Source: Spirochaetaceae bacterium (GTDB lineage Bacteria > Spirochaetota > Spirochaetia > DSM-2461). Taken from it: a stretch of 64,000 bases of DNA. The notes below the pieces were generated by a model. The model saw only the letters and a list, made by a program, of their open reading frames with translations. It was not told the DNA's origin and did not search any database. The position numbers and the translations under genes are program-made. This document shows, in pieces, positions 1 to 10,116 of this stretch; positions within the stretch are counted from its first letter, which is position 1, and every line of letters starts with the position of its first letter. The DNA lies in the NCBI GenBank assembly GCA_051531975.1, contig JAOPTT010000001.1:32001-96000 (forward strand), written 5' to 3'.

Positions 1-647
1 GATTCACCAACTGTCATAATGATATCAGTATCTGAGAATTTCTCTGTTAAATGGTTTAAAACCTCTGTAAAACTACTTTTTATTCCCGCTAAACCCTCGG
101 CTTCCAACTCATTAACAATTAGAATATCAACCATATCTAATGGCCAAGAATTTATGGATTCATCAAAAGGTGCTGGATTAAGACAAATTTTCATCCCTAT
201 ATTTCTAGCTTCTTCTATAATTTTAGGAACAAGATTTATCTCATTTTGAAGAACCAGATAATCACCAGATTCAAAATGGGATATTGTATCCAGAATTTCT
301 ACTTCTTTCATATTCTGGTTTCCCCCACCAAATAAAATAATAGAGTTTTCAGCTTTTGGAGTCACTTGAATAATAGCCTGCCCTGTAGAACCTTCATATT
401 TTCTGATAAGGTCGGTTTTAACACCAAAAGAATTTAATTTCCCCATTAGCCACTCACCATCTTCTCCTATTTTACCACAATGCCAGACCTCTGAGCCGGC
501 TTTCGCAAGAGCTACAGACTGATTGGCACCTTTACCACCGGCAAACTGCTGCATACTGCTACTAGAAATAGTTTCTCCTGGTCTTACTATGTTAGAAACG
601 GTAAACACTATATCGATATTCATCGAACCATAATTCAGAATTTTCAT
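1..647 (-). CDS. rbsK: Ribokinase (PfkB family), 3' end runs off the window
   Basis: Missing from the ORF track. Manual translation from ATG at 647 gives MKILNYGSMNIDIVF...RPGETI...FAGGKGANQSVALAKAG...INPAP...IVNELEA, the PfkB signature 1 and ribokinase motifs. RBS GGAG upstream. Confidence 0.9.
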   Translation of the reverse strand, partial: MKILNYGSMNIDIVFTVSNIVRPGETISSSSMQQFAGGKGANQSVALAKAGSEVWHCGKIGEDGEWLMGKLNSFGVKTDLIRKYEGSTGQAIIQVTPKAENSIILFGGGNQNMKEVEILDTISHFESGDYLVLQNEINLVPKIIEEARNIGMKICLNPAPFDESINSWPLDMVDILIVNELEAEGLAGIKSSFTEVLNHLTEKFSDTDIIMTVGE

Positions 648-904
648 AAGTTATTTCTCCTAAGTATTATCTACCTATAACACTCCTCTCATATAATATA
701 TAGATTAGAATTACTAATTCAGTTATTTACTACAGCTTAACAGTAACATCTTAGAAGATGAAGTACACTCTTTAAAATGAAATGAACAGAAGACAATTAT
801 TATCTAATTCAAATATGAACAAATCGTTAATATAGTATTAATAATCTGTCTACTAAATAATTTCTTTTTAAATTCTAAACTCCTAATCAAGGAGATATTA
901 CGAT

Positions 905-2203
905 ATGAAAAGAAATACTTTATTTACAATTTTATTACTTATATCAGTTAATATATTTAGTGAACCACTAATAATAAATCAAAATAAAGCTATTGAATTA
1001 ACATTACAAAATAGTTTGTCATTAAAAAAACAGAAATTAACACAGCTTAATGCAGAGCTAGATAAAAAGACTTCTTACAACGCCTTTTATCCAAAATTAA
1101 CTGGGACCACAGGGTTTAGCCATAATAATACGACCCAAACTACAGATATAGGAACTATGACCTTTGATATCCCTCCAACAAACTTTATTTTAGGATTTGA
1201 AACATCTCTAATGTTCTCTCCTGCAATAATTGATGGGATAAAACTGTTGAACTCAAATGTAGAATTGGAAGAAATTAATACATCTAAAAAAGAGATCGAG
1301 TTAGTTCGGGATATAAAAAAATCATTTTATACACTTATATTATTAGAAGAGCAGATTAAAGTACTTCAGTATAACCACGATGAACTAGAAAAGAGATATA
1401 AACAGTTACAAGAGAACTACAAAATGGGTTATGTAGATGAGTTACAACTGCTAGAAGTTCAGGTAGGTTTAGAAAATTTCAAACCTCAATTAAATAACCT
1501 TAAACAACTATACGATATCTCCATAAAAAGTTTTAAAAACAGTCTTGGTGTAAAATCAGATATTATTTTAGATGGAACAATAGAGATAACAGAGAATAGT
1601 ATTTCTGGAGATACAGATTTAGAAAATAGCATTGATGTAGCTTTATTAGATAAAAGTTTAGAATTCATTGATATTCAGATTGATCTTAAAAAGCACTCAT
1701 TTTACCCAGCTTTAGTCCTTTCATACTCAATGTCTACTGCCTTAAACGATCCATTTGAAACAGATAATTGGGATAGCGATAACTTCTTAGATGATATGGG
1801 AACTTTTTCTGCCATGTTAGCAATGAGTTTTGATTCTCTATTACCAAACTCTAAGACTAGAACTGAGATTAAAAAACTTGAAAATAGTAAAAAAATTGCT
1901 GCTATTGGTAGAGAAGAATTATTAGATGGCTTAGATCTAATGTTGACCCAGAAAATCCAGGTATTAGATAACTCTTTAGAACTACAAGATAGTTTACAAT
2001 CCACCATTAATTTAGCTAAGAGGCGAGTTGATTTAACAATACTTGCATATAACCAGGGAAGTAAAGAACTTCTTGAAGTTGAAAGTGCTGAAAATGAACT
2101 TAGAAAGGCACAACTAGAGCTATTAAGTGAAAAATATAATTACTTAGCAGCAACATTTGATATTGAATATATGATCGGACAAGGACAAGGAAAAGGAGAA
2201 TAA
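905..2203 (+). CDS. TolC-family outer membrane efflux protein
   Basis: Signal peptide, two helical OEP-like halves (YKMGYVDELQLLE; YNQGSKELLEV), first gene of an RND operon. Confidence 0.85.
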   Translation: MKRNTLFTILLLISVNIFSEPLIINQNKAIELTLQNSLSLKKQKLTQLNAELDKKTSYNAFYPKLTGTTGFSHNNTTQTTDIGTMTFDIPPTNFILGFETSLMFSPAIIDGIKLLNSNVELEEINTSKKEIELVRDIKKSFYTLILLEEQIKVLQYNHDELEKRYKQLQENYKMGYVDELQLLEVQVGLENFKPQLNNLKQLYDISIKSFKNSLGVKSDIILDGTIEITENSISGDTDLENSIDVALLDKSLEFIDIQIDLKKHSFYPALVLSYSMSTALNDPFETDNWDSDNFLDDMGTFSAMLAMSFDSLLPNSKTRTEIKKLENSKKIAAIGREELLDGLDLMLTQKIQVLDNSLELQDSLQSTINLAKRRVDLTILAYNQGSKELLEVESAENELRKAQLELLSEKYNYLAATFDIEYMIGQGQGKGE

Positions 2204-2204
2204 G

Positions 2205-3092
2205 ATGAAAAAGATATTATTTATAGGTTTATGTTTAGCCCTATTAACATCATGTAATAAAAAAGAGCAGAAGGAATTACTTGTTGAAGAAGTAAAACTA
2301 CCTATAGTAAAGATTCAAACCATAAAACCTGAAGCTATCAGAGAAACTATAAAATTAGCAGGAGATGTTGTTGCATCTAATAGTGTAGATATCTACCCAG
2401 ACGTTTCAGGTAAAGTTAGTTCTTTATTAGTATCAGAGGGAGACTATGTTAAAAAAGGAACTATTGTTGGATATATAGATAGAAATAAACCAGGTATGAA
2501 CTTTGCGTTAAGTCCTGTAGAGTCACCAATTACTGGAACTATAACCCAGGTAATAGGAAAAGTAGGTTCAATGTCAGCACCTAGTGCTCCACTATTTAAA
2601 ATAGGGACATTAGATGAGTTAGAAATAATAACAAATATATCAGAAAGAGATTTAAACAGAGTAAAAAAAGGTCTTAATGCTGTAATTACAACAGAGACTT
2701 ATGTAGATGAACTGTTTTTAGCTTCCATTTCAGAATTAAATCCAGTTGTTAACCCTATAACAAGGTCTCTTAAAATTAAGCTAAAACTACATGATACTAA
2801 AAAGGTCTTAAAACCTGGAATGTTTGTAAATATTACCCTAATAACAAAAAATATAAACAAAACAACAGTGGTTGATAGGGATAATATCGTAACAAGAAAT
2901 AACCAGAGTTATATTTGGAAATTTGTTGACGATAAAGTATTTTTTACCCCAGTGGAATTTGGATTACAAAATGAGAGTTCTGTAGAGATAACTAAAGGTT
3001 TAGAAGTTGGGGAATCCATTGTAACAGAAGGTTTCACATACCTTGAAGATGGTTCGGAAGTTAGAACAATAACTAGCAAGGAGAGTGAATAA
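2205..3092 (+). CDS. RND efflux periplasmic adaptor (MFP), lipoprotein
   Basis: Lipobox LTSC; lipoyl motif SGKVSSLLVSEGDYVKKG; LKPGMFV; GLEVGESIVTEG. Confidence 0.9.
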   Translation: MKKILFIGLCLALLTSCNKKEQKELLVEEVKLPIVKIQTIKPEAIRETIKLAGDVVASNSVDIYPDVSGKVSSLLVSEGDYVKKGTIVGYIDRNKPGMNFALSPVESPITGTITQVIGKVGSMSAPSAPLFKIGTLDELEIITNISERDLNRVKKGLNAVITTETYVDELFLASISELNPVVNPITRSLKIKLKLHDTKKVLKPGMFVNITLITKNINKTTVVDRDNIVTRNNQSYIWKFVDDKVFFTPVEFGLQNESSVEITKGLEVGESIVTEGFTYLEDGSEVRTITSKESE

Positions 3093-6000
3093 TGTTAAAA
3101 TCCTTACTTAAAAAACCCCTAACAGTTGTTGTTAGTTTTGTGGTTATTTCAGTTTTGGGATTAGCCCTACTAAAAGATGTGCCAGTAGACTTTTTCCCAT
3201 CCTTTGAAGTACCAATTATTGCAATTTCCACAGTATACCCTATGGCCACCCCAGGTGAAGTAGAAGAGAGTGTTACAAGAGTAATTGAAGAGAATATTGT
3301 AAATATCTCTGGACTTAAAAAGATCTCATCAACCTCTAGTGAGAGTTATTCCTTAGTTGTTATGGAGTTTAATTGGGGTGAAACCGTAGATGTAAAAGCC
3401 ACCGATGTTAGAGATCAGTTAGAGAGAGTTATTAGTAAGCTACCAGAGGAGTGTGATAAACCCCTTGTTCTAAAGTTTGATCCAGGTGCAATGCCCGTTA
3501 TGGAGTTAACCTTAAAAGGTAGCAGAGATATAGCAGAGTTATACGATATTGCAAAAGATAGTATAGCTTTAGAACTTGAAAAAATTGATGGTGTTGCCTC
3601 TGTAGATATTGCAGGTGGAACCACAGAGATTGTTAAGGTCGACTTTTTACAAAACAGAATGGAAGCATTAAACATTAGTATTAGCCAGGTAGCAGGAATA
3701 TTAAAAAGTCAGAATATTCAGTTAGGTTCTGGTGCTATAACAGAGGGAGATATTAACTATTTAATTAAAACTAAGGGTCAGTTTACATCTTTAGAAGAGA
3801 TTAAAAATACCTCTGTTAGAACAGTTGGAGCCACACGGACGATCTCAGGCCAAGAGATTTTACTTAAAGATATTGCTGACGTATATATGGGGTTTTCAGA
3901 TGAAAGTTCAAGGATATATGTAAATGGAGAACCAGGGATTACTCTTTCTGTGGTTAAAAGAACTGAAGCAAATACTGTAGATACAGCAAAAGATGTTTCA
4001 AATATAGTAGGACAACTTAATAAGCAACTACCTGGTGATATAGAGATTATGATATTAAGTGATAGCTCTGAAGCGATAACAAACGCACTATCTGAGGTTT
4101 TAACAAGTGCAGAGTTAGGTCTGATTTTTGCTGTAATAATACTATTTCTATTTTTAAGACAGTTAAGGTCTACAATAATTGTAGCAATATCACTTCCTGT
4201 TTCTCTATTAATTACAGTTGCAGGTATAGCTTTAACTGGGAATACAATTAATATGTTAACTCTAACTGGACTTTTAGTTGGTATAGGTATGATTGTAGAT
4301 GGCTCAATTGTTATGTTAGAGAATATATTTGTCTACCGTAATAAAGGTGTACTTTTAGAACCGTCTGCCCATTTAGGGGCAACTGAGATGGCGGCACCAA
4401 TAACAGGTTCAACTTTAACATCAATATTTGTATTTTTACCACTGTTAATTTTTGGAAAACAACTAGATATTTTTGGCATCCTTTTTAACTCAATGTCTAT
4501 AACAGTTATTATTGCCCTACTTTCATCTCTTGTAGTTGCAATATTTTTAATACCTGTTTTATCAGGAAAAGTGATAAAGATATATACAACAAAACAGAGA
4601 CCTATTAAAAATAGATTTTTTAAGTTTTTAGACGATGCCATGGAGAGAGCTTTAACATCTGTAGATAATTTTTATAAGAAAACACTAACCGTTGTTATCA
4701 AACACAGAGTTAAAACAATTCTATTTTTTGTAGTCTTACTAATCGCATCATTCATACAGATTAAAAATGTAGGATTTGTAATGATGGTTCAAACAGAGGC
4801 AGATAGTATATTACTAAATGTAGAGTTGCCTGTAGGTTCATCATTAGAAAAAACAGATAAAATCCTAATGGACTTTGAGAATCTAATAGATACTGAGTTC
4901 ACAGATATTAAAAATAGTGTAATTACAGTAGGTGTAGGACGGTTAGCAGGAAGCAGTAGTTACAAGGGTAAAATATTAATAACTCTAGCGGATAAAAATA
5001 TAAGAACTACATCGGAAACTATTGCTAAAGATAGGTTAAGATCATTATTTGATAAATACCCAGATTGTGATTTTGAGTTTCAGGCAACAGATCAGACATC
5101 TAGAATTACTGGAGGAAGTGGGCTAAATATCGATATTACCGGTGCAAACTTAGAAAAAGTTCAAGAAACAGCAATAGAGTTACAGGAACTTATAAAAAAT
5201 AGAGCAGAAACAGTTTCTGATGTTAACAGTGATTTTGATGGAGGATTACCACAGATAGAGATCCAGTTTGATAGGGCTAAAATATACGATTTAGGACTAA
5301 ACACCCAAACTTTGGCTGGGGAAATTAGAGCCATGTTAGCAGGAACAAATGCAAGTACATACTACGATGGAGAAGAGGAGTACGATATAGTTCTAAGATT
5401 AAAAGAACAGGATAGGAATGAGAGAATAAACCTAGATTCACTATTTATTTTAAATAGATCTGGAAATAGGATTCCACTTTCTAATATTGCAACTTTTACT
5501 GAACAGGACTCCCCTGCTGCTATTAAAAGAGAGAATCAGTCTAGAATTATTAAGGTAAACCTTACTCCAAAACAGGGGATACTTTCTGCTACAGTAAAAT
5601 CTGAAATTGAAGAGTTAATAGATAATGAACTACTAATACCTGATGGAGTAGATATTAAACTATCTGGAGATACTGAGCAGTTAATGGAGTATACGGAAGC
5701 TCTATTAATGATTATGGGCTTTGCAATACTTTTAGTATTTGCAGTTATGGTAAGCCAGTTTGAGTCTCTAAAAGCACCATTTATTATCTTTTTATCCATG
5801 CCAATGTTAGTTATAGGTATTGTATTAGCTTTTACAATAATGGGTATGCCATTAAGTATGTTTACTCTAATAGGGGTTCTGATGTTATTAGGAATTGTAG
5901 TAAATAACGGTATTGTATTAGTAGATCGAATAAACCTATTTGTAAAAAGAGGAATGCATATAAAAGAGGCTTCAATAGAAGCGTCAAAGACCAGGCTTAG

Positions 6001-6199
6001 ACCAATTTTAATGACAACATTAACTACTATTTGTGCAATGATACCAATGGCCTACTTTCCAACACCAGGAAGTGAAATGATGCAACCATTAGGAATTACA
6101 GTTACTGCAGGTTTAGCTGCGAATACAATTATTACACTATACCTAGTACCAACTTTATATACGTTATTAATTAAGAAAAAGGAGCTATCCGATGATTAG
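3092..6199 (+). CDS. RND efflux transporter permease (AcrB/AcrD/AcrF family)
   Basis: 1035 aa, 12-TM pattern, GMIVDGSIVMLEN, GIVVNNGIVLVD, RLRPILMTTLTT. Confidence 0.95.
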   Translation: MLKSLLKKPLTVVVSFVVISVLGLALLKDVPVDFFPSFEVPIIAISTVYPMATPGEVEESVTRVIEENIVNISGLKKISSTSSESYSLVVMEFNWGETVDVKATDVRDQLERVISKLPEECDKPLVLKFDPGAMPVMELTLKGSRDIAELYDIAKDSIALELEKIDGVASVDIAGGTTEIVKVDFLQNRMEALNISISQVAGILKSQNIQLGSGAITEGDINYLIKTKGQFTSLEEIKNTSVRTVGATRTISGQEILLKDIADVYMGFSDESSRIYVNGEPGITLSVVKRTEANTVDTAKDVSNIVGQLNKQLPGDIEIMILSDSSEAITNALSEVLTSAELGLIFAVIILFLFLRQLRSTIIVAISLPVSLLITVAGIALTGNTINMLTLTGLLVGIGMIVDGSIVMLENIFVYRNKGVLLEPSAHLGATEMAAPITGSTLTSIFVFLPLLIFGKQLDIFGILFNSMSITVIIALLSSLVVAIFLIPVLSGKVIKIYTTKQRPIKNRFFKFLDDAMERALTSVDNFYKKTLTVVIKHRVKTILFFVVLLIASFIQIKNVGFVMMVQTEADSILLNVELPVGSSLEKTDKILMDFENLIDTEFTDIKNSVITVGVGRLAGSSSYKGKILITLADKNIRTTSETIAKDRLRSLFDKYPDCDFEFQATDQTSRITGGSGLNIDITGANLEKVQETAIELQELIKNRAETVSDVNSDFDGGLPQIEIQFDRAKIYDLGLNTQTLAGEIRAMLAGTNASTYYDGEEEYDIVLRLKEQDRNERINLDSLFILNRSGNRIPLSNIATFTEQDSPAAIKRENQSRIIKVNLTPKQGILSATVKSEIEELIDNELLIPDGVDIKLSGDTEQLMEYTEALLMIMGFAILLVFAVMVSQFESLKAPFIIFLSMPMLVIGIVLAFTIMGMPLSMFTLIGVLMLLGIVVNNGIVLVDRINLFVKRGMHIKEASIEASKTRLRPILMTTLTTICAMIPMAYFPTPGSEMMQPLGITVTAGLAANTIITLYLVPTLYTLLIKKKELSDD

Positions 6200-6482
6200 G
6201 CTAGATATTTTTGCAAATCAGGCATTAAGTGATATAATTGAAAGAGATTTAAACAAATTAAACAGTATAAACTATACATTGTTAAGAGATTCCGCAGGTA
6301 AAGGGCATAAAGGTTTTTGCCTAGGAAACGATGTATGGCCAGAGCACAATGTAGTGTTTATTATATACTGTAATAAAGAACAGCTGCCAATAATAGAACA
6401 AGAGTTAAGGAGACTTAAAGAGAAGTTTCCAATTATTGGATTAAGCTGTTTTTGTACAGATAATGTTAAAGAACTAATTTAG
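6192..6482 (+). CDS. P-II-like transporter-associated protein (PG0541-like)
   Basis: 96 aa overlapping the RND gene; GKG..G...G.DVWPE.N motif. Confidence 0.7.
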   Translation: MIRLDIFANQALSDIIERDLNKLNSINYTLLRDSAGKGHKGFCLGNDVWPEHNVVFIIYCNKEQLPIIEQELRRLKEKFPIIGLSCFCTDNVKELI

Positions 6483-6498
6483 AGTTAAGGGGAAAACA

Positions 6499-7194
6499 GT
6501 GCGTGGAAATATACTGATTATAGAAGATGAAGCAGAAATTGCCGAATTAATAACTCTGTACCTTGAAAATGATGGTATAACAACTTTCCATGCACCCTCT
6601 GGTGAAGAGGGGCTGAAACTTCTTTCTGAAAAAGAGATAGATCTAATCATTTTAGATATAAACTTACCAGGAATTGATGGTTTTGAAGTTCTACAAAAAC
6701 TAAGAGTAGACCACATAACTCCTGTTATAATTGTATCTGCTAGAACCGACGATTCAGATCTGATTATGGGTTTTGGTATAGGTGCAGATGATTTTGTATC
6801 TAAACCCTTCTCTCCAAAAGTATTAACGGCTAGGGTCAGAGCTCATTTAAGACGTATAAAACTAAATAGTGCTGTAAGTAAAAATATAATTAAATTTGGA
6901 AACTGCGTCTTAGACCTAGAATTTTATAGTCTTAAAAAAGACGACAAAGTAATAAATCTTAGTCCTAAAGAGATTGAGATTGTTATCTATTTGGTGAATA
7001 GCCGAGGTAAAAAAAGATCCCAGGAAGATATTTACGAAGCTGTCTGGGGCTCTACTTATGGAGATATATCTACAGTAACTGTACATATGCGTAGAATTAG
7101 GCAAAAAATAGAAGATGATCCACAAAAACCAAAGTTCTTTAAAACTTCCCACGGTTTTGGTTATTTTTTCGAGGCCCAAAACAATGACATTTAG
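6499..7194 (+). CDS. OmpR/PhoB-family response regulator
   Basis: IEDE, LDINLPGIDG, GADDFVSKPF, winged-helix VTVHMRRIRQKIE...GFGY. Confidence 0.95.
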   Translation: MRGNILIIEDEAEIAELITLYLENDGITTFHAPSGEEGLKLLSEKEIDLIILDINLPGIDGFEVLQKLRVDHITPVIIVSARTDDSDLIMGFGIGADDFVSKPFSPKVLTARVRAHLRRIKLNSAVSKNIIKFGNCVLDLEFYSLKKDDKVINLSPKEIEIVIYLVNSRGKKRSQEDIYEAVWGSTYGDISTVTVHMRRIRQKIEDDPQKPKFFKTSHGFGYFFEAQNNDI

Positions 7195-8518
7195 GAAAAG
7201 ATATATAATTATTTTATCTATAAATACCCTTCTCTCTCTACTTTTTATATGCGCAATACCTTTTGGTGCATATAACTTTTTTTCACCTTCAGAATATAAA
7301 AATACAGGTTTAGTATCCCAAAAAAAATTCCACAAAGAATTATATGCTAGGTTAACAAATAATACAGCACAAATAGATAAACTTAATAGACGACATATAA
7401 TAATGATATTTGAACAAAATAGTGGAATTACTTACTCTGCAGTTAAAACAGATGTAAACGACTTAAATATTAATACTACTATTACAAACCTAAAAATGTT
7501 TGAAAACAGTTCCTTTAGTTACAGAACTGAGCCATTTAAATTCAAAGATTCTTATGGTATTTTTGTATTTAGAATTGATAAATCTACAATTTTTGGATAT
7601 ATAAGACTCTACCTAATCCCTATACTATTAGTTTCAACTCTCATATTTTTTATAATACCAGCTCTTATCAATTTTAAACTTTTATACTCCCTTAAAATGT
7701 CATTTTTTAGTTTGGAAGAGGCTGCAGAGAAAGTATCTAAAGGAGAGTTTGATCTTAACCTTGTAAGGGATAATAAAGATGAACTCCACAGCTTTTATGA
7801 GTCTTTTAATAAGATGGGTTTAGTTTTAAAGGAAAACAGAGACCAGAAGGCTAGGATTTTAATGTCAATTTCCCACGATCTTAAAACACCTCTAACCAGT
7901 ATGAAGGGTTATATTGAAGCTTTTAATGACAAATTAGTACCTAAAGATAAAACAGAGAAATACTACAAAATAATAAAGGATAAATCTAATATATTAGAAG
8001 AGAGAATAAATACATTAGTAGACTATTCTAAAATGGAAACTACAGAATGGAAAAGAACGTTTACCACTATAAATATTAAGGAGTTTTTAACGGAACTAAC
8101 CATGGCATTTAAAGATGATTGTCTGATTTACAATAGAGTTTTTGACTATCAAATTGATATAAATGACAAAGAAACATTATCGTGCGATTCCATACTTTTA
8201 AATAGAGCAATAGAAAACATACTAGAGAATGCTAAAAGATATACAGCTGCTGAGGGGAATATTTCTTTAACAGCAACTATAAAACAAGGAAATCTTAAAA
8301 TTATTATTGATGACAATGGAAAAGGAATATCAGATAGTGATATAAAATACATTTTTGAGCCATTTTATAAGGTTGATAAAGGTCGGAACTCTAAAGGTAT
8401 GGGTATGGGTCTTTATACTGTAAAGTCAATTATCGAAAGCCATAGGGGATTTATAACCTGTAAATCTAGCGGTTCTGGTACAACTTTTACAATTGAATTA
8501 TTACTTTTAAATATATAA
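7184..8518 (+). CDS. HAMP-domain sensor histidine kinase
   Basis: ISHDLKTPLT H-box, NILENA, DNGKGI, GMGMGL; start moved to ATG 7184, which overlaps the regulator's end. Confidence 0.9.
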   Translation: MTFRKRYIIILSINTLLSLLFICAIPFGAYNFFSPSEYKNTGLVSQKKFHKELYARLTNNTAQIDKLNRRHIIMIFEQNSGITYSAVKTDVNDLNINTTITNLKMFENSSFSYRTEPFKFKDSYGIFVFRIDKSTIFGYIRLYLIPILLVSTLIFFIIPALINFKLLYSLKMSFFSLEEAAEKVSKGEFDLNLVRDNKDELHSFYESFNKMGLVLKENRDQKARILMSISHDLKTPLTSMKGYIEAFNDKLVPKDKTEKYYKIIKDKSNILEERINTLVDYSKMETTEWKRTFTTINIKEFLTELTMAFKDDCLIYNRVFDYQIDINDKETLSCDSILLNRAIENILENAKRYTAAEGNISLTATIKQGNLKIIIDDNGKGISDSDIKYIFEPFYKVDKGRNSKGMGMGLYTVKSIIESHRGFITCKSSGSGTTFTIELLLLNI

Positions 8519-8547
8519 AATGATGACAATTCTACATAAAATAATAT

Positions 8548-9912
8548 TCAGATTTCTCTAGTTATTCTTTTAACCTGACTGATCATATATAAGGGAAGAC
8601 TTATCAGTTTAAAATCTACAATTTTATTAACACCCCCCACTTGGATTTTATGGTTAGTATTTGTTACAGATGGTGAACTTAAATTGAACCTTACTGCAAA
8701 AGGGGAAGCCTTTCTAGAAGCCATAAAAACATGTAAGGATTTCAAGCTACCTGTAGTCCCTGCTTTTACTTCAATAGGAATAACTCTATTATTTACTGTT
8801 ATTAAATAATCAACTTCTGCATTAGCGTTTTTATTTTGTCTAATCCAGTAATACATTTCCCTATCTTCAAAAGGTAAAAAACACCCTATTAGCTCCTGAG
8901 CAGTGAACTGTTCTGCCAATAATCCCTCTCTGATTGTTAACATATCCATAGTATTAGTCAGTTCTAATCCGCAGATGCGATTACTTAAACCTATATCCAC
9001 AAAAGCAGTTTTAAAATGCTCTGGCTTTACCTCAGCCCCTAATGGAATGCCATCTCCACCAGAATGACAAATTTTATGAGAGATCCTTGCCATCACCAAA
9101 CTATTTATTGCATTTTTAACAACATTTGAACGAACATTTTTATTTATATTGCTGTATTTTATTTTTTTCCCTGTATTTCTTCCTAAATATAAAAAAGCTT
9201 CCGCTAGATAATGAAGTTCATCTCTATTTGCATATTTCAAAAAATCATGTTGTATAGAAGTAGTTAATGCAGTTTGAACACGCTGTACAGAGAGCAAATC
9301 CATAGAGCTAAAATATTCCTGTACTACTTCTGGCATACCTCCAATAAAATAGTAACTTCTGAGTGCTTCTAGTAATTGATTGTGTGTAACAGGGGGTATT
9401 TCTTCACTCAAATTATACCTCTCAATATAATTTCGAAGATTTTGTTTGCCCACCCCAGATAAAAATTCACAAAAAGTTAATGGATACATATACATGAACT
9501 CCACTCTGCCTACAGGCATGGGGTATTGTAACTCGTTTAGTGTAAAATCCAGTAGAGACCCCGCTGCTATGACATGCAGTCCCGATCTCTTCTCAAAAAA
9601 ATATCTTAAAGATTTTAAGAGTTCAGAGCAAAGTTGACATTCATCAAAAAAAAGTAAAGTTTTATTGTCGATAATTGGAATACCAGTTGCTAAAGTTATT
9701 TCATCTATAATTCTATTTATATTATTATCACGAAAATATGAAATAGCATCCCTATTTTCTTCAAAATCAATCTTAATATAATGAGTGAACGTTTTAGCAA
9801 AAACATCGACACTCCATGTTTTCCCAACTTGTCGTGCTCCACGAATTATAAGAGGTTTATGGGATTCCCTTTCTTTCCACTCTAATAAATAATTATCTAT
9901 ATTCCTGTCCAT
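8548..9912 (-). CDS. AAA+ ATPase with C-terminal DUF4143 (AAA_14 plus restriction-endonuclease-like domain)
   Basis: GARQVGKT Walker A, FFDECQ Walker B, AAGSL, GGMPEVV, EVDYL...PIEVKAG. Confidence 0.9.
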   Translation of the reverse strand: MDRNIDNYLLEWKERESHKPLIIRGARQVGKTWSVDVFAKTFTHYIKIDFEENRDAISYFRDNNINRIIDEITLATGIPIIDNKTLLFFDECQLCSELLKSLRYFFEKRSGLHVIAAGSLLDFTLNELQYPMPVGRVEFMYMYPLTFCEFLSGVGKQNLRNYIERYNLSEEIPPVTHNQLLEALRSYYFIGGMPEVVQEYFSSMDLLSVQRVQTALTTSIQHDFLKYANRDELHYLAEAFLYLGRNTGKKIKYSNINKNVRSNVVKNAINSLVMARISHKICHSGGDGIPLGAEVKPEHFKTAFVDIGLSNRICGLELTNTMDMLTIREGLLAEQFTAQELIGCFLPFEDREMYYWIRQNKNANAEVDYLITVNNRVIPIEVKAGTTGSLKSLHVFMASRKASPFAVRFNLSSPSVTNTNHKIQVGGVNKIVDFKLISLPLYMISQVKRITREI

Positions 9913-9943
9913 ATAAACATAATATCATAGAAACATTCTATTT

Positions 9944-10021
9944 ACCATTGGATTATGACAGCAGACTCAACAAAACACCATTGGATTATAGCTAACAATA
10001 GGATGAATCACCATTGGATTA
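9944..10021. repeat. Three identical 12-bp direct repeats (ACCATTGGATTA) at an exact 33-bp period with unrelated 21-bp spacers
   Basis: Copies at 9944, 9977 and 10010, just upstream of the DUF4143 ATPase start (9912). Confidence 0.9.
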
Positions 10022-10054
10022 CAACTAAAACTTTTGCAAAAATACACGTTATAT

Positions 10055-10116
10055 GGGGTAGTGGAAGCGAAGCTGTCACCAGGGGCCACGGGATTAGTGT
10101 CAACTAACTTTTATAG
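10055..10116 (+). repeat. Tn3-family terminal inverted repeat (tnpA 3' side)
   Basis: GGGG-starting IR; the tnpA stop codon lies inside it. Confidence 0.9.

Noticed and set aside
19..249. 76-aa plus-strand ORF and the other short ORFs antisense to long genes (e.g. 1486, 1702, 3415, 4333, 5536, 30757, 35123, 38645, 53623)
   Set aside because: Shadow ORFs opposite well-supported genes, with no recognisable motifs
9944..10021. Canonical CRISPR array
   Set aside because: The repeat is only 12 bp, there are three copies with 21-bp spacers, and no cas gene is in the window. Kept as a phased repeat instead.
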